From the NCBI GenBank assembly GCA_900079685.1, contig LT599018.1, forward strand, positions 2,909,990-2,973,989: DNA of 64,000 bases, written 5' to 3'. Shown in pieces: positions 57,248 through 64,000 of this stretch (position 1 is the stretch's first letter; every line of letters starts with the position of its first letter). A program made the position numbers and the translations under genes. Below the pieces are notes generated by a model that was not told the origin of the DNA, did not search any database, and saw only the letters and a list, made by a program, of their open reading frames with translations. The DNA is from an uncultured delta proteobacterium. Its GTDB lineage: Bacteria > Desulfobacterota > Desulfovibrionia > Desulfovibrionales > Desulfovibrionaceae.

Positions 57248-57649
57248 ATAGTTCGGTGACGGTACGGTAGTCCCGTTGGTTGTCGGCCCTTTCCCTCAAT
57301 GCTCCCGCGCGCGGCGGGCAACGCCGCGACACGGCCGCCATGGATACCTCTCCCGTCAAAGAGCCGGGCGGGGCATATCCGCAACAAGCCCGCCGGGGCA
57401 GCGCAAGGCTGCCGGGATGGTCCCAAGGCGGGTACGTGTTGTGGTGCGTCCAACGTACTGAAACCGGGAAGAACCCGCAATCATTTCTTATTGTGCCAGT
57501 ACACGCGGCAACCGGACGGGAACGCGGAGGTTGTCAATAATGCCCTGATTTTACGTGCAAAAAAACGAAAGAAAAAAGTGAATTAATCCTTGCCATTCAA
57601 AAGTGAATGGCTTAAAGCTAAAACAATAGTTTTTGCAGGAGTCTTTTCC

Positions 57650-57784
57650 ATGCCCAGAAGCTTACGTTCCATAAACCGCGCAACCGCGTGTGACAGACAG
57701 ACGGCATCCGCTGTCTCTTCTGTCGTGCGCAACGTTGTCGTAGTAGTAAGCTGGCCTTTCCAGGGAGGCGAGGGTAACCTTTAA
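57650..57784 (+). CDS. candidate leader peptide rich in Val codons
   Basis: AGGAG lies 8 nt upstream of the ATG. 44 codons, MPRSLRSINRATACDRQTASAVSSVVRNVVVVVSWPFQGGEGNL, with 8 Val in 13 residues, five of them consecutive at 57734-57748. Confidence 0.55.
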   Translation: MPRSLRSINRATACDRQTASAVSSVVRNVVVVVSWPFQGGEGNL

Positions 57785-57819
57785 CGGAAGAGTAAAGTTG
57801 TTACGCTCCTGCTGAAAAA

Positions 57820-57849
57820 GCGGCCTCCCCAGGGAGGCCGCTTTTTTTT
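57820..57849 (+). terminator. intrinsic terminator (attenuator) upstream of the acyl-CoA synthetase
   Basis: 9-bp GC stem GCGGCCTCC/GGAGGCCGC with a 4-nt loop, followed by T8. It ends 72 nt before the ATG at 57922. Confidence 0.8.
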
Positions 57850-57921
57850 GGCGGCGCTCCCGGCGGGGACAAAAAAGCAGGTGTGACCATTCGGACATTG
57901 TAACAGATAGAGGATTGTACC

Positions 57922-59616
57922 ATGTTGTTCACAGACAAACTCCGCTCAGCAACCCATGAAGAACTTTGCCGGGATTTCTCCATCGCCGTGATGCCCGACT
58001 TCAACTTCGCTTTCGACGTTGTAGACCGCAAGGCTTTTCTGACCCCTGACGCTGTTTGTGTCCGCCATATCGACGATTCGTTCGCGCGCCGGGATTTCAC
58101 TTACAAGGACATGGCAAGGGCCTCCAGCAAAATGGCAAACGCCCTGAAAGGCCTTGGCCTGAAAAAGGGCGACAAGGTGCTCCTGATGCTGCACCGCCGC
58201 ATCGAATGGTGGCAGGCCATGCTCGGCCTGCACAAACTGGGCGCGGTGGCCATCCCTTCCCCGGCGCAACTGACCCCCCATGACATCGCGTTCCGCTGCC
58301 GCAAATCCAGAGCCAAGGCCATCATCACGGATTACCGGATCAGCGGCGGGGTGGAATCTGTCCGGGAAAGCCTGCCGGACCTCTGCTTCTGCATCCAGGC
58401 CGGGCCCGAACAGGCCGGGGAAACAGCCGCCCTGCCTTCCGCCCTGCCTTCCGAAGGTTGGCTTGATCTCGCCGCCCTGCTGGAAGACGCCTCCCCGGCC
58501 TTCCCCCGCCCCCTTTCCGACGAAGAGCTTGCCTGCGGCAAGGACCCCCTGCTGATTTTCTTCTCCTCCGGCACCACGGGCATGCCCAAGATGGTTCTGC
58601 ACAACCACGAGTACCCCCTGGGGCATTATTTCACCGCCGCCTACTGGCACAACGTGGAGCCCGGCGATCTGCACATGGCTGTCGCCGACACCGGCTGGGC
58701 CAAAGCTGCCTGGGGAAAGTTTTACGGCCAGTGGATGGCCGGGGCCACCTCCCTCATTTACGACTTCCGCGGGAAGTTCTGCCCGGCCAATCTGCTCCGG
58801 GTCATCACCGGGGAAAGGGTCAACAGCTTCTGCGCCCCGCCCACCGTGTACCGCCACCTGATCCAGGAAGACCTGGCGCAGTATGACTTTTCCCACCTGC
58901 GGCATTGCGCCGCTGCCGGTGAGCCCCTCAACGAGAGCGTGATCCATGACTGGAAGCAGGCCACCGGCCTGAACATCCACGAAGGGTTCGGCCAGTCGGA
59001 AACCGCCCTTATGATCGCCTCGCTCCCCTGCATGGAATTCAGGGCCGGTTCTATCGGCAAGCCGGTTCCGGGCTGGGATGTGGCTCTCCTGGACGACAAC
59101 GGGGAAATCTGCCCGGCGGGCGAGGAAGGGGAGATCTGCGTGCGCATCGCCGAAAAACGCCCCCACGGCATTTTCACCGGATATCTGGACGAGTCGGGGC
59201 AGATCATCTCCGCCAGACGCGGCGATTGGTACCATACGGGCGACAAGGCCCGGACGGACGAGGACGGCTACTACTGGTTCCTCGGCAGGGTGGACGATTT
59301 AATCAAGACCTCGGGGTACCGCGTGGGCCCTTTTGAAGTGGAAAGCGCGCTGGTCTCCCACCCCGCCGTGCTGGAGGCCGCCGTGACCGGCGTGCCCGAC
59401 GCCGTCCGGGGCCAGGCCATCAAGGCCAGCGTCGTGCTGACCAAAGACTACGCGCCTTCGCGTGAGCTTGTTCAGGAAATTCAGGAGTATGTGAAAAGCA
59501 TAACCGCGCCGTACAAATACCCCAGAATTGTGGAATTCGTGAAGGAACTGCCGAAAACTTTCAGCGGCAAGATAAAGCGGGCGGAGATCCGCGAAAGGGA
59601 TCTGAAGACCGCGTAA
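57922..59616 (+). CDS. AMP-forming medium/short-chain acyl-CoA synthetase
   Basis: AMP-binding signature FFSSGTTGMPK, YHTGD, and C-terminal SGKIKR. 564 aa. Confidence 0.9.
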   Translation: MLFTDKLRSATHEELCRDFSIAVMPDFNFAFDVVDRKAFLTPDAVCVRHIDDSFARRDFTYKDMARASSKMANALKGLGLKKGDKVLLMLHRRIEWWQAMLGLHKLGAVAIPSPAQLTPHDIAFRCRKSRAKAIITDYRISGGVESVRESLPDLCFCIQAGPEQAGETAALPSALPSEGWLDLAALLEDASPAFPRPLSDEELACGKDPLLIFFSSGTTGMPKMVLHNHEYPLGHYFTAAYWHNVEPGDLHMAVADTGWAKAAWGKFYGQWMAGATSLIYDFRGKFCPANLLRVITGERVNSFCAPPTVYRHLIQEDLAQYDFSHLRHCAAAGEPLNESVIHDWKQATGLNIHEGFGQSETALMIASLPCMEFRAGSIGKPVPGWDVALLDDNGEICPAGEEGEICVRIAEKRPHGIFTGYLDESGQIISARRGDWYHTGDKARTDEDGYYWFLGRVDDLIKTSGYRVGPFEVESALVSHPAVLEAAVTGVPDAVRGQAIKASVVLTKDYAPSRELVQEIQEYVKSITAPYKYPRIVEFVKELPKTFSGKIKRAEIRERDLKTA

Positions 59617-59626
59617 TGGTGGAAAA

Positions 59627-59664
59627 AACGCACAAGGAGCCGCCGGGGCGGTTCCTTGTGCGTT
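59627..59664 (+). terminator. terminator-like hairpin after the acyl-CoA synthetase
   Basis: Stem AACGCACAAGGA/TCCTTGTGCGTT. The downstream T-run is weak. Confidence 0.45.
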
Positions 59665-59774
59665 CTCGTCTTGAGGCCGTGAAGGGATGTGACGTACGCT
59701 GCCTCCAGGCAAAACGAAACGGCGGGCCGACATAAAAGCGGCCAGCCGTTTCGGCATGGATCCGGGGACGTACG

Positions 59775-60311
59775 TTACGCGCCACCCGCCGGAGCGTCCG
59801 TATTGCCGGACGAGCCTGCGTCCGTATCGGCAAACCAGCTCAGCGCTTCCTCAATCCGTGCCATGGAAGCTCCGGGCGCGTCGTATCGGCCGACATGGCG
59901 CTGCACGGGGGTTTTGGCGTTGGCGCCCTTGGCCAGGGCAACGTTACCCACACCCAAGCCGTCGCTTGCCGCTGGGGCATCGTCGGAACGGTGCATCCCG
60001 CGTCCTTCGGAGGGCAGCATTTCCGTCATGAGTTCCGCGGTTTTTTCCGCCTGAAACCGGGCCACGGTAAGGGCGCCGCCCTCTGTGTCCTTGCCGTCCG
60101 TAACGTTGCCATCGCGGGGGCCTTCGGACAATTTCCGCGCTTCTTCGGAAATGGTTACCGTGTCGCCGGATTGCTGCGCATGGGTCGCTGTGGGGTTTTG
60201 CGGGAGGGCGCTGTCCAGCGTGCCGTTACCGGCTGTCTCCTTGAGCGCGTCCTTGTGGCTGAGGGTGGCATACAGATCGTTTCCGATTCCTTGCAGCATG
60301 GGAGTGACCAT
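59775..60311 (-). CDS. hypothetical low-complexity protein
   Basis: 178-aa ORF rich in Gly/Asp/Ala. GDTVTISEEARKL is faintly FlgM-like, but I cannot support an assignment. Confidence 0.35.
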   Translation of the reverse strand: MVTPMLQGIGNDLYATLSHKDALKETAGNGTLDSALPQNPTATHAQQSGDTVTISEEARKLSEGPRDGNVTDGKDTEGGALTVARFQAEKTAELMTEMLPSEGRGMHRSDDAPAASDGLGVGNVALAKGANAKTPVQRHVGRYDAPGASMARIEEALSWFADTDAGSSGNTDAPAGGA

Positions 60312-60629
60312 TTACGTGCTCCTTGCGGGGTGGAGGAGTACCCGTCCAGATGTGCATGCCGGAGTGAACCCTTGTTCTCGGCGAATCTACATTCCTTATC
60401 GGGCTGTAACGGTTTTGGATTAGGGCAAAAAAATATTTTTTCGATGTTGCGTACCCGGCGTCCGTCCGGGCTTGCCGGTCCCCGGGAGCGGAAAATGGCG
60501 GGAAAGGGATATTTCCTGTTTCGGAATTATTTTATGTTGTTTTTACCCTACTGCCAGAGGAGACTCCTCTTGACGAACGGCAAAACGGCATTACTCTATG
60601 GATATAAATTTCCGTTTAAGGAGGATGCC

Positions 60630-61160
60630 ATGAATATCACCAAATATTATCCGTCGCGCTGGTTCAGCCATGAAGACGACGACAGGGCTCCTGCCGTCCG
60701 CCGCCGTGGTGAAAACCCCAGGGATGCGTTCCATTCGGAAGTTGACCGCATGTTTGACGATTTCTTCACGGGTTTCGGGTTCTCCCCCATGCCGTCGCTG
60801 CTCGGCAGACACGGCGGGGGCGAGGCGCTCCTGAAGCCGAGCCTGGATCTTGCCGCGTCCGACAAGGAATATACCGTGGCCGTGGAACTGCCCGGCGTGG
60901 ACGAGAAGGACATTGCCGTTGAAGTGAAGAGGGACACCCTTACGATACGCGGCGAGAAGAAAAGGGAATTCGAGGACAAGGACGAAAAGGGCGTATACCG
61001 GATGGAGCGCAGCTACGGCTCTTTCTACCGCACCCTTGCCTTGCCGGGAGACGCCGATATTGACGGCATCAAGGCCGCTTTTGACAAGGGCGTGCTCCGG
61101 CTGATCATCCCGAGGACAGAGACCGAGGATACGAAGAAAATAGCCATCACCAACGGGTAG
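60630..61160 (+). CDS. Hsp20/alpha-crystallin small heat-shock protein
   Basis: Alpha-crystallin domain (YTVAVELPGVDEKDIAVEV...GVLRLIIPR). AAGGAGG precedes the ATG. Confidence 0.9.
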   Translation: MNITKYYPSRWFSHEDDDRAPAVRRRGENPRDAFHSEVDRMFDDFFTGFGFSPMPSLLGRHGGGEALLKPSLDLAASDKEYTVAVELPGVDEKDIAVEVKRDTLTIRGEKKREFEDKDEKGVYRMERSYGSFYRTLALPGDADIDGIKAAFDKGVLRLIIPRTETEDTKKIAITNG

Positions 61161-61189
61161 AACGAATCCCGCCGTTGACGGCGAAGAGC

Positions 61190-61232
61190 GAAATGCCGCC
61201 GGGGTACCCAGATATCCCGGCGGCATTGTGTT
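61190..61232. terminator. bidirectional intrinsic terminator
   Basis: 12-bp stem AATGCCGCCGGG/CCCGGCGGCATT followed by GTGTTTTCC, between convergent hsp20 and ohr. Confidence 0.7.
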
Positions 61233-61246
61233 TTCCGTGGTATGGG

Positions 61247-61678
61247 CTACTGCGTCAGCACCGTGAGCGCGACGTCAATGTTGCCCCTGGTCGCGTTGGA
61301 ATAGGGGCAGGTCTGGTGGGCCAGCTCGACGAGTTTTTCGGCTTCCGCCTTGTCCATGCCCGGCAGCTTCACGGTGAGCGCCACCTGCAGGCCGAGCTTC
61401 TCGCCCGAGGTGCCGAGATCCACTGCCGCCACGATGGAAGGGTTAGGGCTGATGGCTATTTTTTTCTTGCCCGCCAGCATTTTCATGGCGGAGAGGAAGC
61501 AGGCCGCGTACCCGGCGGCAAAAAGCTGCTCGGGGTTGGTGGCGTTGCCGCCCGCTCCGCCCATTTCCTTGGGCATGCCCAATTTGACCCTAAGGTTGCC
61601 GTCCCCGGACACGGCTTCGCCGTCGCGCCCGCCCGTTACCGTGACTGTGGTGGAGTACATGATTTTTGAAAGAGCCAT
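61247..61678 (-). CDS. ohr: Ohr-family organic hydroperoxide resistance protein
   Basis: Conserved Cys contexts GYAACF and CPYSNATRGNI. 143 aa. Confidence 0.9.
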   Translation of the reverse strand: MALSKIMYSTTVTVTGGRDGEAVSGDGNLRVKLGMPKEMGGAGGNATNPEQLFAAGYAACFLSAMKMLAGKKKIAISPNPSIVAAVDLGTSGEKLGLQVALTVKLPGMDKAEAEKLVELAHQTCPYSNATRGNIDVALTVLTQ

Positions 61679-61951
61679 ACGACCTCCGGATGTATGTTTT
61701 AGTATGGAGTACTATAGGGAAGCGCATGCGGCCACGATATTATTATTGCTTGAGGGAAAAATCCGTTCCTTGCGAAACGGACAACTTTTTTCCTCGTTGC
61801 GTTACTGTAACTGCGCGGATGACGCCGCCTGGAATATTAAAAAGTGTTACATGATCCGCTAAAAAAGGGCCGGTGTGATGACAAGATCGCTAAAATGTGC
61901 CATTGCTATAGCCTGGAGGGTTTTTGAACATGCAACAAGCGCGGGTGCGGC

Positions 61952-62713
61952 ATGAGTGACAGCGCCAAAAAAATACTGGTCATCGATGACGACGAGCGGT
62001 TGCACGAACGGGTGCAGGATTTCCTGCACGCCAACGGCTACACCTATATCAAACTCACCGGCGGGGCCGATGTGCTGCACACGCTGGAGACCTACCGGCC
62101 CGACATCGTTCTTCTGGACGTCATGATGCCCGGCGAGGACGGGTTTTCCGTCCTGTTAAAAATCAGGGGCGCGTCCAAAGTGCCGGTCATCATGCTGACG
62201 GCCCGGGGTGAGGATACGGACCGCATCATCGGCCTGGAGCTCGGCGCCGATGATTACCTGGCGAAACCGTTCAACCCGAGGGAACTGCTCGCGCGCATCC
62301 GGGCCGTGCTGCGCCGGGCCGAACCGCAGGAGAACGGCGCCGCCAGGGAACCGGCGCCGGAACACGAGGACGCGGAATCGGCCAGCGCCGTGAACGTGGC
62401 CTTTTCCGCCGGGGAGGTGCGCGTCGGTTCCTATGTGCTCGATACCAGACGCCAGACCCTTTCGCGCGGCAAGAACACGACCTCGCTTTCCACGGCCGAG
62501 CTTTGCCTGCTGCACGCGTTTATGACCCGCGTGGAGACGGTCCTCGGCAGGGAACAGCTCATGCTTCTCGCCTTCGGCAGTGACGAACACTCCACCGCCC
62601 GCAGCATCGACGTGCACATCAGCCGCTTGCGGGCGCTGTTACGGGACCTCGGCGAACCCTCAACGCGCATCCGCACGGTTTGGGGATCCGGCTATTGCTG
62701 GATTGGGGAATAA
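61952..62713 (+). CDS. OmpR-family response regulator
   Basis: Receiver (ILVIDDDERL...DVMMPGEDG...MLTARG) plus a winged-helix output domain (VWGSGYCW). Confidence 0.9.
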   Translation: MSDSAKKILVIDDDERLHERVQDFLHANGYTYIKLTGGADVLHTLETYRPDIVLLDVMMPGEDGFSVLLKIRGASKVPVIMLTARGEDTDRIIGLELGADDYLAKPFNPRELLARIRAVLRRAEPQENGAAREPAPEHEDAESASAVNVAFSAGEVRVGSYVLDTRRQTLSRGKNTTSLSTAELCLLHAFMTRVETVLGREQLMLLAFGSDEHSTARSIDVHISRLRALLRDLGEPSTRIRTVWGSGYCWIGE

Positions 62714-62716
62714 GTG

Positions 62717-64000
62717 TATGCGGTTCTTCTCGCGCCTCTGGCAGCAAGTGTTTTTTTACTCCCTCGTGCTGATCGTCGCGTCCGGGGCGATGGGTATTTT
62801 TCTGCTGTACGACAATCTGATAAACAAAGCCTCAAGCGTCGTCATCGCCTTTACCACGGAGGTGCGCAACGCCCTGACGGGGCAGACGCCGGCCGAAGCG
62901 GACAGGTTCCTCCAACGCTTCAACAACCAGGAAGCCAGATTCTGGATAGAGGATGAGCGGGGTATCCTGCTCGCCGGAGAGCGATTCGGCGGCCGGTCCG
63001 GCAAGGACTGGGAGCCGCATTTGCTCAATCTCGAGCACTCCGGGGAAATCGCCTTGTGGCAGACGGAATTCAAGAACTCGCTTTTCCTGGCCATCACGCC
63101 CTGCGCTCTTAAGGACAGGGATGCCACCCTGTACGCCATCTATATGCCCTTTCCGGTCCCGCCGCTGGAGACGGTGCTTTCTCCCGGCATCATCACCATC
63201 GCGCTGATAACGGGCCTTCTGGCCCTCTGGATCGCGCGGAAGGTGGGCGGCCCGCTGCGCCGTCTGCAGCGCGAAGTTTCCGAAATTTCAGGCACCCTGC
63301 AACTGAACCATGTCACCGTTTCCGGCTCCGGCGAGATCGCGGACGTCGCGCGGGCCATCAACCGCCTGGTGGGCGGGTTGCGACGGCACATTACCGGGAT
63401 GAACAAGCTTGTTTTGAATATCTCGCACGAACTGCGCTCCCCCATCACGCGCATGGCCTTGTCCGCCGAGATGATCGGCGAAGGGCTGGAGCTTCTGAAA
63501 CAGCGGAAAAACAACGGCACCGCGCAGGAGGAGGCGGTTATCAGCCTGGCGGAAAAGAATTTTGAAGCCCTGCGCCAGGAACTGGTGCACATGGATAATC
63601 TCATCGGCAGCACCTTGCTTTCCAGCAAGCTGGACGTGCAGGACCCGGGCGACCTGAAGGAGGCGGTCTCCCTTTCCGCCTTGTGCGAGAATACGGCGGA
63701 ACGGTATGAAACCATGTTCCGCCAGGCGGATATCCGCTTCATGCGCGGCATAGACGGCGGCATCACCGTGACCGGCGATGCGACTCTTCTGGTGCAGGCT
63801 CTCACCAACCTGTTGGACAATGCCGTGAAATACGCGTCCGGCCCGGAGCCGCAGGTGCGTTTGCGCCTTGTGCGCGAGAACGGGTATGCGGTGATCGATG
63901 TGGAAAATACGCACCCCCCCCTGCCGCGGGAAGCCCTCGATCATATTTTTGACGCCTATTTCCGGTACGAGCAGCGGACCGGCACCGGGGTGGGCCTCGG
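62717..64000 (+). CDS. sensor histidine kinase, partial (runs off the right edge)
   Basis: Hand translation from the ATG at 62717 gives MRFFSRLWQQVFFYSLVLIVASG..., a HAMP-like segment, the H-box LNISHELRSPITRM and the N-box LLDNAVKYA. The frame is open to the window end. Confidence 0.85.

Noticed and set aside
57256-57590. ORFs of 86-95 aa (plus strand) and 88 aa (minus strand) in the GC-rich gap after the ISL3 element
   Set aside because: No RBS, and the translations are Arg/Pro/Gly-rich and low-complexity. The region is better explained as the former divergent promoter region split by the IS.
57946-59235. 429-aa minus-strand ORF
   Set aside because: Antisense to the acyl-CoA synthetase.
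60420-60629. Heat-shock (sigma-32 or sigma-54) promoter or operator upstream of hsp20
   Set aside because: CTTGACG...CTCTATGG and the palindrome GAGGAGACTCCTC are suggestive, but the spacing and consensus matches are too weak to call without data.

Overview
High-GC chromosomal segment that looks like a Desulfovibrio-type sulfate reducer; the taxon is my inference from protein style only. Three parts. (1) 0.5-25 kb is core metabolism: pyruvate:ferredoxin oxidoreductase, a TRAP transporter, an IclR regulator, a 2-hydroxyacid dehydrogenase, a ClC channel, an M20 peptidase, a PAS/GAF hybrid kinase, and a sigma-54-controlled operon. That operon encodes a glycyl-radical-enzyme (GRE)-fold protein, a CoA-acylating aldehyde dehydrogenase and a family III CoA-transferase. 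(2) 25.3-46.3 kb is a mosaic of decayed mobile DNA ending at tRNA-Asn. It holds an RP4 Tra1-like conjugation remnant (traG truncated), two diverged IS4-like copies, an AT-rich foreign patch, a small integrative-element remnant with BrnTA, a truncated IS30 fused to a SIR2-like stub, and a 7.3-kb tRNA-Asn island. The island is bounded by a 55-bp direct repeat and carries two toxin-antitoxin (TA) pairs and a serine recombinase + two ParB-like gene trio. (3) 46.5-64 kb is core again: peroxiredoxin, MFS/MarR, GH13/MarR, a BMP-binding protein with a Cache hybrid kinase, an ISL3 insertion, an acyl-CoA synthetase, Hsp20, Ohr and an OmpR two-component pair. The most interesting observations: (a) the GRE-fold protein has lost the catalytic Cys/Glu and the canonical Gly-radical fingerprint and has no activase in the window, yet keeps a textbook sigma-54 promoter and a dedicated activator; (b) a Val-codon-rich leader peptide with alternative hairpins and an intrinsic terminator sits upstream of the acyl-CoA synthetase; (c) the serine recombinase/ParB/ParB trio. 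All calls come from reading the sequence and the ORF track by eye. Start codons are best guesses and no database search was run.
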